Of a DNA stretch of 50,963 bases, positions 9,115 through 16,708 are shown piece after piece (positions within the stretch are counted from its first letter, which is position 1; every line of letters begins with the position of its first letter). Source of the DNA: a virus (Duplodnaviria > Caudoviricetes); the IMG/VR virus record IMGVR_UViG_3300044825_001111, positions 1-50,963 of that record; one strand, given 5' to 3'. The position numbers and the translations under genes were made by a program. Under the pieces are notes generated by a model. The model worked only from the letters and a program-made list of their open reading frames with translations, was not told the DNA's origin and did not search any database.

Positions 9115-9158
9115 CTTACACAATTCATGTTGACATAAAGCGTGTAAGAGATTAGGTT
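9115..9158 (+). promoter_or_regulatory. pL-like sigma70 promoter with operators
   Basis: TTGACA (9130-9135)-17 nt-TAGGTT (9153-9158); overlaps AGCGTGTAAG, the same half-site as at pR, plus CTTACAC upstream. Confidence 0.75.
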
Positions 9159-9185
9159 CGGACCATCCACTCAGGAGATGCGCCG

Positions 9186-9407
9186 ATGCCTGCAAACCCC
9201 CGCCCCTGGACCTACCGCAAGACCTACGTCGGGTCGTCCCCGTTTCTGACGATCAGCGACGCGAACGGCCAGCCGTTCGCCTATCTCACGCTTTGGCCTG
9301 AGAACGTCGAGGCAAACGCCCGGCTGATCTGCGAGGCGGTGAACGCTGCACCGGTTGAGACGGTGACGGGTTTCAATCTGACCACCGAGCCGAGCGAGGT
9401 GGCGTGA
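9186..9407 (+). CDS. Hypothetical protein
   Basis: AGGAG RBS; PRPW...EANARLI..A motif common in phage early proteins. Confidence 0.75.
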   Translation: MPANPRPWTYRKTYVGSSPFLTISDANGQPFAYLTLWPENVEANARLICEAVNAAPVETVTGFNLTTEPSEVA

Positions 9408-9591
9408 TGATTAGTCGGATAATTATCGTCGGCCCGAACAATCAATTCCCGCGCCTCAGCGGTGAAGCCCACACGGCGAGGGCATGTTCGCCGAGCCCCA
9501 GGAGTGTCCAAGCAGAAACTGCAAACCCTAGCTCAGTCACACATGGCGGCCGGCTTCCTCAGTACAGGCCGGCCGCCGATCGGGGGCGGGG

Positions 9592-9771
9592 ATGAAGCAG
9601 CTCTTTGCGCTTTTCTTGGCCTGGCCCGGCGGCAGCGAATACCTCGTCGCCACGGACCTCACGATTGAGCAATGCGCGGGAAGGGCGGCGATGGAGCGGA
9701 TGGCCGACGAGAGGTGGTCCGTCCGCTGCGAGCCGCAACGGAAGGTGTTTCGGGTGGTGAGGAGGAAATGA
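9592..9771 (+). CDS. Small hypothetical protein (59 aa)
   Basis: MKQLFALFLAWPGGSEY...QC...RCEP; ATGA overlap with next gene. Confidence 0.55.
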   Translation: MKQLFALFLAWPGGSEYLVATDLTIEQCAGRAAMERMADERWSVRCEPQRKVFRVVRRK

Positions 9772-10160
9772 GAACCCCCACACCCCACGTCGACCTTTAC
9801 GGCTGGTGGATGGTCGCCCTCGGCGGCGGCGATCCCGAGACGACCCACGAAGTTCAATGTGGCTGGTTTAAGCGCCGACTGGTGAAGGGCGGGCCGTGGG
9901 TGCCGGCACGGATCTGGATGGATCAGCCGGTCGACGAACTGGGCGAACTCTGCGGCGACGAAACCCTGCAATGCGAGGTCGCTGGCCGCTGGGCCGATCC
10001 CGAGGACGCCTGGACCTGGCTCTGCGCCAATCCGATCAGTGAGCAAGAGTTCAAGTATCTGACCGCGCTTGCCGAGCATTGCGAGCGGCACGAGCCGGAC
10101 CATCCGGCGGCCAATCCGCGCAAAGCCATCGACCATTTGTCAACGCCTCTGCATTTCTGA
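9768..10160 (+). CDS. Conserved phage hypothetical protein
   Basis: GGAGG RBS; QCGWFKRRLVKGGPWVPARIW. Confidence 0.75.
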   Translation: MRTPTPHVDLYGWWMVALGGGDPETTHEVQCGWFKRRLVKGGPWVPARIWMDQPVDELGELCGDETLQCEVAGRWADPEDAWTWLCANPISEQEFKYLTALAEHCERHEPDHPAANPRKAIDHLSTPLHF

Positions 10161-10171
10161 AAGGAACCACC

Positions 10172-10957
10172 ATGTCGCTTGCCGAAGACCTGCGCGGCCA
10201 CAACCTGCCGCCCCCTGACCTGCTCACCGGCGATGCCCTGCGCGCCAAGCTGCAGGCCGACCACGAGGCCTTGCTGAAACGCCGCGACGAATTGCTCGCG
10301 GCCGAGGCGCGGATCCCGGCGATCGATAACGAGGACGCCGCCCGCAAATGCTCGGATTTCATCAAGCAGATCACGGCCGCCGCCAAGACGGCAGACACCG
10401 CTAGGGTCGGCGCCAAGGAGCCCTACCTGGAAGGCGGGCGCGGGATTGATGGGTTTTTCCGCGCAATCAGCGATCCGCTCACCGATCTCAAGAAGAAGGT
10501 CGAGCGCAAGCTCACCGACTACCTGCGCCAGAAAGAGGCCGAAGAGCGTGAACGCCGCCAGCGCGAAGAGCGGGAAGCCCGCGAGCGGGCCGAACAGGCC
10601 CGCAGGGAAGCCGAAGCCGCCGCCCAGGCCATGCGCGACGCCGCCAGCCTCGACGAAGCGGTGCAGGCCGAGAAGGCCGCCGATGCCGCCGCCGCTGATG
10701 TGGTGAAGGCCGAAGCCGCCGCCACCGCCAAGCCCGCCGAACTGTCGCGGACCCGCGGCGAGTATGGCGCAGTCTCGAGCCTCAGAACCGAATGGGTTTT
10801 CGAAGGCGTCGACCGCGCGACGATCGACCTTGAGACGCTTCGCCCCTACCTGCCGGTCGACGGCATCGAGAAGGCGATCCGATCCTTCATCCGCGCCGGT
10901 GGCCGCGAGCTGCGCGGCACCCGGATCTACGAAACCACAAACGCAGTCGTGAGGTAA
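10172..10957 (+). CDS. Coiled-coil phage protein of the recombination module
   Basis: GHNLPP start, long E/R/A-rich helix, RELRGTRIYE end; upstream of RecT. Confidence 0.75.
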   Translation: MSLAEDLRGHNLPPPDLLTGDALRAKLQADHEALLKRRDELLAAEARIPAIDNEDAARKCSDFIKQITAAAKTADTARVGAKEPYLEGGRGIDGFFRAISDPLTDLKKKVERKLTDYLRQKEAEERERRQREEREARERAEQARREAEAAAQAMRDAASLDEAVQAEKAADAAAADVVKAEAAATAKPAELSRTRGEYGAVSSLRTEWVFEGVDRATIDLETLRPYLPVDGIEKAIRSFIRAGGRELRGTRIYETTNAVVR

Positions 10958-10960
10958 GCC

Positions 10961-12001
10961 ATGAACGAAGTCGCCACGAAAGCCCCGAACCCGCTGGTCG
11001 CTTTGCACGACCAGATGGAACGCCGAACCGGCCAGTTCGCCGCCGCCCTGCCCGCTCACATTCCCGCCGAGAGGTTCAAGCGGGTGCTGCTGACCGCGGT
11101 CCAGAATAACCCGACGTTGGCCACCGCTGACCGGCAGACCTTCTTCAACAGCGCGATGAAGGCGGCCCAGGACGGACTTCTGCCGGACGGCCGCGAAGGC
11201 GCGATGGTGATCTACAAGACCAAGGTCAAAGAGGGCAACCGCGAGTTCTGGGTCGACGCCGTCCAATGGATGCCCATGATCGGCGGGATCCGCAAGAAGG
11301 TCCGCAACTCGGGCGAGATCGAGACATGGGACGCCCATTGCGTCTACGAGAACGACGCCTTCGAGTTCGAGCTCGGCGACAGCCCCTACATCAAGCACAA
11401 GCCCGCACTGAGCGGCGACCGCGGCAAGATCATCGCCGCCTATTCGGTGGCGACTTTGAAGAGCGGCGAGAAGTCCCGCGAGGTCATGTCGATCGACGAG
11501 ATCATGGCGGTCTGGCGGAAGTCGTCGAAGCAGAAGGACAAGGAAGGGAACCCGAGCGGCCCCTGGAAGGACCACCTCGGCGAAATGTGTCGCAAGACGG
11601 TCGCGCGCCGGCACTCCAAGGTGCTGCCGATGTCGACCGATCTGGACGACCTGCTGCGCCGGGACGATGACCTGTACGACATGGAAGGCGCCAGCGACAA
11701 GGCATTGCCGCCGTCTGCGAAGCGCCCGCAGATCAGCGACTTTGCCGAACTGCCACAGAACCCGGTGATGACCGAGGATCCGAAGGCGCCGAAGCCCGAA
11801 CCCGCCGCCGAGAAGGTCGACGAGGAAACCGGCGAGATCACCGAGGTCGGCGTTCCCGAGGCGATGGAGCTGGGCCGCCAGCGTCGCAAGGACAATCGGC
11901 CCAGGCGCCCGATCGACGGGCTGACCGAAGCCGAGGCCTCGGCATTTCTGCAGGGCTGGGACAGCGAAGACGATCTCATACAGCAGGCCGCGAAACGTTG
12001 A
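10961..12001 (+). CDS. recT: RecT-family single-strand annealing protein
   Basis: ALPAHIPAERFKR...AAQDGLLPDGRE...GPWKDHLGEMCRKTVARR. Confidence 0.9.
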   Translation: MNEVATKAPNPLVALHDQMERRTGQFAAALPAHIPAERFKRVLLTAVQNNPTLATADRQTFFNSAMKAAQDGLLPDGREGAMVIYKTKVKEGNREFWVDAVQWMPMIGGIRKKVRNSGEIETWDAHCVYENDAFEFELGDSPYIKHKPALSGDRGKIIAAYSVATLKSGEKSREVMSIDEIMAVWRKSSKQKDKEGNPSGPWKDHLGEMCRKTVARRHSKVLPMSTDLDDLLRRDDDLYDMEGASDKALPPSAKRPQISDFAELPQNPVMTEDPKAPKPEPAAEKVDEETGEITEVGVPEAMELGRQRRKDNRPRRPIDGLTEAEASAFLQGWDSEDDLIQQAAKR

Positions 12002-12033
12002 ACGTGCATAAGCAAACCAGACAGGAGAACGAA

Positions 12034-12786
12034 ATGGCTAAGAACGAAACGACTGCGACACTCCACATCGACCCGCTCAAGCAGGGCCGCGTCAAGATGC
12101 GGATCATTGGCTCCACGCCGATGTTCTTCAACGCGATGAGCGCCAAGGCGAAGCGATCGCTGCTGCTTGGCGGCGGCAAGAAGACTGCGGCCGAGAAGAA
12201 GGAGATCAAGCATGATCCCGAGGCCGAGTTCCGCGACAGCACCTATCGGTCGCAGTCAGGCCCGACGCTGCTGGTGTTCCCGGCGCCCGGCATCAAGAAT
12301 GCGATGGCGACCGCCGCACTCGTCACCGACGGCGTGAAGAAAACCGACGTGCAGCGGCTGATCTTCTTGCCGCAGGAAAAGGTATCGATCTGGGGTCGGC
12401 CGTACCTGCGGATGGACGTGGTTCGCAGCGCCGACATGAACAAAACGCCAGACGTTCGGACGCGCGCTTTCCTGCCGCGCTGGTGCGCCGAGGTGGACTT
12501 CGCCTTTGTGACGCCGAGCCTGTCGGTTCACTCGATCGCCTCGCTGCTGGCGAACGCCGGGCTGGTGTCGGGGATCGGCGACTTCCGGCAGGAAAAGGGC
12601 AAAGGCAGCTATGGAACCTTCCGCATTGTCTCGGACGAGGACGACGAAGCGCTCTGGAAGGAACTAACCGAAAGCGAAGGGCGCGAGTGCCAAGAGGCGG
12701 CGATGGCCGATCCTCATGCGTTTGATTCCGAAACGCAGGAACTGTGGGCGATGCTTCGTCAGGAGCGGATGCGCAGGGCGGCGTGA
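12034..12786 (+). CDS. Stand-alone Cas7/RAMP-like protein (putative Vipr-type RNA-binding effector)
   Basis: RAMP-like layout: N-terminal strand IIGSTPMFF, helix FPAPGIKNAM, C-terminal Gly-rich loop AGLVSGIGDFRQEKGKGSYGTFRI; AGGAG RBS; array follows directly. Confidence 0.75.
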   Translation: MAKNETTATLHIDPLKQGRVKMRIIGSTPMFFNAMSAKAKRSLLLGGGKKTAAEKKEIKHDPEAEFRDSTYRSQSGPTLLVFPAPGIKNAMATAALVTDGVKKTDVQRLIFLPQEKVSIWGRPYLRMDVVRSADMNKTPDVRTRAFLPRWCAEVDFAFVTPSLSVHSIASLLANAGLVSGIGDFRQEKGKGSYGTFRIVSDEDDEALWKELTESEGRECQEAAMADPHAFDSETQELWAMLRQERMRRAA

Positions 12787-12790
12787 TGAG

Positions 12791-13370
12791 CTTGGTCGAG
12801 GTGAGGCACGGCCGGTCGAGATCTGGATGGGCGCGGTCAGGCATGGCGGTCGGCGTTAGGAACGGCGGGGTGTGTCCCGCAGAGTTATGGCTTGGCGGTC
12901 GGGGCACGGTTCGGCACGGCGGCGCGGGTCATGGAATGGCGGTCCTGGAGAGGCTGGTTCTGGTCAGGCGCTGCACGTCCGGTCAAGGCGGTCGAGGACG
13001 GACAGGCCCGGCAGGGACCGGCCGGATTGGTCACGGCACGGGTCAGGCGGTCGCGGTTTGGCCTCGCGCTTCGGGGCTGGGTGAGTTGAGGTGCGGCGAG
13101 GTCTGGCGGTCCTGGTCGGGCCGGGCCTGCAGCGGAGAGGCGCGACATGGCGAGTCGCGTTCAGTTCCGGCTGGGCGGTCAAGGTACGTCGTGGCTGTGT
13201 TTGGCGTGGTGGCGAATGGTCTGGCGACGCAAGGCGGTCGAGGACTGGCATCGCGTGGACTGGCAGGGTTTGGCGCGGGCTGGCGGTCATGAAGGGGAAT
13301 GTTCTGGCGCGGCCCGGAGTGTCGCGGCGGTCAAGGCAAGCATGGAAACGGAACGGCTTGGATAGGACAG
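12791..13370 (+). repeat. GGY-NN pentamer array of about 11 units delimited by GGCGGTC (putative guide ncRNA array)
   Basis: GGCGGTC at 12845, 12894, 12938, 12987, 13046, 13105, 13174, 13233, 13282, 13326; spacings 49,44,49,59,59,69,59,49,44 (all 5n+4); interiors show 5-nt periodic GGY-like triplets alternating with variable dinucleotides. Confidence 0.9.
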
Positions 13371-13373
13371 ACA

Positions 13374-13901
13374 ATGGCGAAGTTTGACAGAACTTACCGA
13401 CAAAAGATCGTCGACGAATACCTCAACGCGACGGGCGAGAACACTTTCGTGCCCGCCGCTTTCATCGACTGGCTGCGCGATCAGCCAGACCATCGGGCTT
13501 ATCCGATCTTCTTCTCCAAATCCGACGAGGACGCGGCTGCAGAATACCGGATCAACCTGGCCCGGCAGTTCGTCAGCGGCTTGCGGGTGAAGATCCGCAT
13601 GACCGCGACGACGATCGACGAGGGCGGGCGCGAGGTGAAGGTGACGGAGAGCGCGGTGACCGCGGTGCGGGTGCCGGCCTTCTATTCACCACTGAGCGAG
13701 CGAAAGGGCGGCGGCGGTTATCACGCCTTCGACTCCGAGGATCCTGCGGCGTTGCGCGAGCTGCGCCGGCAGGCGGCGACCGATCTTCGCCGGTTCATCC
13801 ACCGGCACGAGGGCATCGCCAAGTTGAGCGGGATCTCGCTCGAAGCAATCAAGGTCATTGCTGCAGCGTTTGACGCACTCGACGTCAGCGAGGCGGCGTG
13901 A
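13374..13901 (+). CDS. Accessory protein flanking the array
   Basis: MAKFDRTYRQKIVDEYL...PDH...DEDAAAEYRINLARQFVSGLRV; starts immediately after the last array unit. Confidence 0.8.
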   Translation: MAKFDRTYRQKIVDEYLNATGENTFVPAAFIDWLRDQPDHRAYPIFFSKSDEDAAAEYRINLARQFVSGLRVKIRMTATTIDEGGREVKVTESAVTAVRVPAFYSPLSERKGGGGYHAFDSEDPAALRELRRQAATDLRRFIHRHEGIAKLSGISLEAIKVIAAAFDALDVSEAA

Positions 13902-13984
13902 TGGTCACGGCGGTCATGCCCCGGATGGGTAAGGTGCGGAACGGCGTATCTCGGAATGAACTGGAAGCGGCAAAGGAGGCCACC

Positions 13985-14131
13985 ATGGCGAAAGAGGCAA
14001 CGTCGAAGCGGGTCGCGCGCATCGCGGCGAAGGTGCTCAAGCAGAAGGATCTGTTCGGGCCGGACATCCTGGCGCTGGCGGCGAGCTGCCTGACCCAGCG
14101 CGAGCCGAAGAAGAAGCCAGCCAAGAAGTAG
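13985..14131 (+). CDS. Small basic protein
   Basis: AGGAGG RBS; MAKEATSKRVARIAAKVL...LAASCLTQR. Confidence 0.7.
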   Translation: MAKEATSKRVARIAAKVLKQKDLFGPDILALAASCLTQREPKKKPAKK

Positions 14132-14165
14132 TGCAGTGCAGTAACCCCAACAGGAGAATGAACCG

Positions 14166-14369
14166 ATGAAGTATCTACTTGCAGCAATCGCGATCGCGGC
14201 CATTACGACCCAGTCGCCGGCCTTCGACAAGCCCGCCTATGAAGCCGCGAAGCAGCAATGGAAGTCGGACAAGGCCGACTGGAAGGTCGCCGAGGAAGCC
14301 TGGAAGGCGGACGGCAAGCCGGACCCGAAGCCTGCGAAGCCCGCGAAGCCGGACCGCTCGCTCTACTAA
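14166..14369 (+). CDS. Small secreted protein
   Basis: Signal peptide MKYLLAAIAIAAITTQSPA; W-K heptads; KPAKP tail; AGGAG RBS. Confidence 0.75.
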   Translation: MKYLLAAIAIAAITTQSPAFDKPAYEAAKQQWKSDKADWKVAEEAWKADGKPDPKPAKPAKPDRSLY

Positions 14370-14436
14370 CCCAGCGCGGCGGCGATCGGGTCACGGAATC
14401 CGGTCGCCGCGCACGATCAACACTGAGGGCAAGACG

Positions 14437-14688
14437 ATGACCGAGGAAGAAGCAAAGACGAAGTGGTGCCCGCATGTGCGGTACTCTTGGAGACAAGACC
14501 CGTCATCAAACAGATGGTCGCAATCAGCGACAGAAGGCGATCCCTCCACGACTGCATTCAATCCCGTTGCCTGCCGCTGCATCGGCTCTGAGTGCATGGC
14601 GTGGCGGTGGATTGAGGTCATGTTTCGAGACGCCATTGATAGCAGCAAGGCGCCAGAAGGCTACTGCGGACTGGCAGGCAAGCCATGA
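14437..14688 (+). CDS. Cys-rich phage hypothetical protein
   Basis: MTEEEAKTKWCP...CIGSECMAWRW...GYCGLAGKP. Confidence 0.8.
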   Translation: MTEEEAKTKWCPHVRYSWRQDPSSNRWSQSATEGDPSTTAFNPVACRCIGSECMAWRWIEVMFRDAIDSSKAPEGYCGLAGKP

Positions 14689-14885
14689 CCGACCTCTGCT
14701 TCACCAGCGACGCGGACTCTCTGATCTACGCGGCGATCCTTTTCGTGGTCGGCTGCTGCGGCGTGTACCTGCTCTGGCTGGCGAAGCAGCCTCTGCCATC
14801 GGTGCCGCCCGAGCGGACCGAGCTCGACTCCGACGACCCGCGCATCACGAGAATTTACCAAGGCAACAGAAAGACGGAGATCTAA
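14685..14885 (+). CDS. Small membrane protein
   Basis: One hydrophobic helix; ATGA overlap. Confidence 0.6.
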   Translation: MTDLCFTSDADSLIYAAILFVVGCCGVYLLWLAKQPLPSVPPERTELDSDDPRITRIYQGNRKTEI

Positions 14886-14887
14886 CC

Positions 14888-15175
14888 ATGTCGACAATTT
14901 TGGAAGCAATGAAGACCATCACCGCCGTCGAGGGCAGGATCCGCGACGGGATCGCAGCCACGGCGCAGGAGCGCGACACGATCCTGGGCGCGATGGACGC
15001 CGAGGCCACGAAGCTGACGCAGGACGTCCTCGAACTGCTCAAGGCCTACCAGATGAGGCTCGGCGAGCTGCGGGCAGACCTGCAGAAATCTTACGACGCC
15101 CAGATCCGGGCTGCGGAAGAGGCGATCGGAGCCACCCCCGCGCCGGCGCCGAAGATCGCACTGGCGGCTGAGTAG
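14888..15175 (+). CDS. Hypothetical coiled-coil protein
   Basis: GGAG RBS; MSTILEAMKTI... Confidence 0.7.
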   Translation: MSTILEAMKTITAVEGRIRDGIAATAQERDTILGAMDAEATKLTQDVLELLKAYQMRLGELRADLQKSYDAQIRAAEEAIGATPAPAPKIALAAE

Positions 15176-15177
15176 CC

Positions 15178-15423
15178 ATGAAGCTGAACAAGGAAGGCGT
15201 GGAGAAGGCTGCGGACGTAAGAAGTAGGCGTTTATTTGGTGCCCCGCTGCAAGACCTTTCCGAAGACGCACAACAAGTGATCACCGGCCTAGTCTCAGAC
15301 GAACTCACAGCATACTTCGATCATCTCCGGCAGGCGGGATTGATGAGGGTTTCCGATGTCAAAGGACGAAACTCGGATGAGGTCGTGGCCCGCCGCATCA
15401 TCATCCGCGCGGACGAGGAGTAG
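15178..15423 (+). CDS. Hypothetical protein
   Basis: 81 aa, tightly packed in operon. Confidence 0.6.
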   Translation: MKLNKEGVEKAADVRSRRLFGAPLQDLSEDAQQVITGLVSDELTAYFDHLRQAGLMRVSDVKGRNSDEVVARRIIIRADEE

Positions 15424-15428
15424 AGCGC

Positions 15429-16064
15429 ATGACCGAGAAGCCGATCTTGTTTTCCGGCCCGATGGTGAAGGCCATCCTCGACGGCCGCAAGACCATGACG
15501 CGGCGGGTGTTGAAGCCGCAGCCGATCTGGAGCGATGGCGGCTCGATCAATGACGGCGGCGGACAGATGGACTACATCGAACCGCATTGGGCGCGAGAGC
15601 CAAAGCTTGCCTACGCCCCCGGCGACCTGCTGTGGGTGCGCGAGACGTGGGCAGAGGCTTGTGAACTGGATGAGAACGACAAGCCCGCAACGGACATGAG
15701 GACATACTATCGCGCCGATGGAGAGCCGTTTTCCCGCTATCTCGATCCTGACACCGATGAATGGCGCGAAGGGATCAAATGGCGGCCCTCCATTTTCATG
15801 CCCCGGTGGGCTTCCCGCATCAGCCTGCGCGTGACCGCCGTGAAGGTCGAGAGGTTGCAGGACATCAGCGAGGACGACGCAAAGGCGGAAGGCATCTTTC
15901 AAACGAAAGCGGGGTCGTGGAGCGCGGTAGAAGATTACTCACCGCTTGCCGGAACATCGCCAGTCGGCGGCTTCTATTGCCTGTGGACCGCCATCAACGG
16001 CGAGGGCGCCTGGGACGCTAACCCCTGGGTGATGGCCGTGTCGTTTGAAAGGGTGAAACCGTAA
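15429..16064 (+). CDS. ASCH/PUA-like phage protein
   Basis: PILFSGPMVKAILDGRKTMTRR...GDLLWVRETW...WRPSIFMPRWASRI...NPWV. Confidence 0.85.
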   Translation: MTEKPILFSGPMVKAILDGRKTMTRRVLKPQPIWSDGGSINDGGGQMDYIEPHWAREPKLAYAPGDLLWVRETWAEACELDENDKPATDMRTYYRADGEPFSRYLDPDTDEWREGIKWRPSIFMPRWASRISLRVTAVKVERLQDISEDDAKAEGIFQTKAGSWSAVEDYSPLAGTSPVGGFYCLWTAINGEGAWDANPWVMAVSFERVKP

Positions 16065-16066
16065 CC

Positions 16067-16708
16067 ATGCGCCGCGCAGCCGTGCCAAAGGTAAGCCTGC
16101 CGCCGGACGGCGAGCGCCGCGAAAGGGTGCTGGAAAGAAATGAAGTCGCCCGCCTGCTATGGGCGGCGCGGAAGCTGAAACTGCCGCACGTCGCGCGGTT
16201 CATCCTGATCGGGATTTATACAGGGACACGTCACAATGCGATGCTTAGCCTTAGATGGACGTCAAATCTCAGTGGGGGAAGCGTTGAGCTTGAGAGAGGC
16301 ATTATCTTCCGCCGTGGAAGCGCTGAACGAGAAACAAGCAAGCGGCGTCCTCCTGTCAGGATACATGAACGGTTGGTGGCTCACCTACATAGATGGCAGC
16401 GGGAAGACAGTGCAGCAGGACTTTCCAGCGTCATCCACTACCAAGGCCAGCGCATCGGCAAAATGAAACGCGCCTGGGCCAGCGTCGTCAAGGAGGCCGG
16501 GCTGGGCCGGGACGTGACGCCGCATGTCTTGCGCCATAGCTGCGCGAGTCATGCCTTGTGGGGGCGCCCGGCAAAAGGTGCGCGACCGGAGACTAGGCCG
16601 ATGACTATTTGGGACGTTGCGGGCGTCGTGGGCGCGGATGCTTCCACAATTGAACGAATTTACGGGCATCATCAGCGCATAGATGAGGGAGACAGGAGAA
16701 CCGCATGA
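16067..16708 (+). CDS. int: Tyrosine recombinase catalytic domain only (N-terminally truncated integrase)
   Basis: YTGTR, K, TPHVLRHS and IYGH catalytic pattern in 213 aa; no arm/core-binding domains. Confidence 0.8.
   Translation: MRRAAVPKVSLPPDGERRERVLERNEVARLLWAARKLKLPHVARFILIGIYTGTRHNAMLSLRWTSNLSGGSVELERGIIFRRGSAERETSKRRPPVRIHERLVAHLHRWQREDSAAGLSSVIHYQGQRIGKMKRAWASVVKEAGLGRDVTPHVLRHSCASHALWGRPAKGARPETRPMTIWDVAGVVGADASTIERIYGHHQRIDEGDRRTA

Noticed and set aside
9923-11614. Long antisense ORFs (563 aa here, 539 aa at 47582-49201)
   Set aside because: Shadow frames of high-GC genes with clear products on the opposite strand.
11942-11974. Array unit 13053 as a self-target in recT (AFLQGWD)
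   Set aside because: Only 15 of 22 bases match with an internal mismatch; compatible with chance.
12791-13370. Canonical CRISPR array
   Set aside because: The constant element is only 7 nt, intervals vary from 44 to 69 nt and are themselves periodic; no cas1/cas2 seen.
12744-13387. Several G/R/W/A-rich ORFs across the array (e.g. 12744-13292)
   Set aside because: By-products of the 5-nt GG periodicity; a period of 5 and 5n+4 unit lengths do not fit codon structure.
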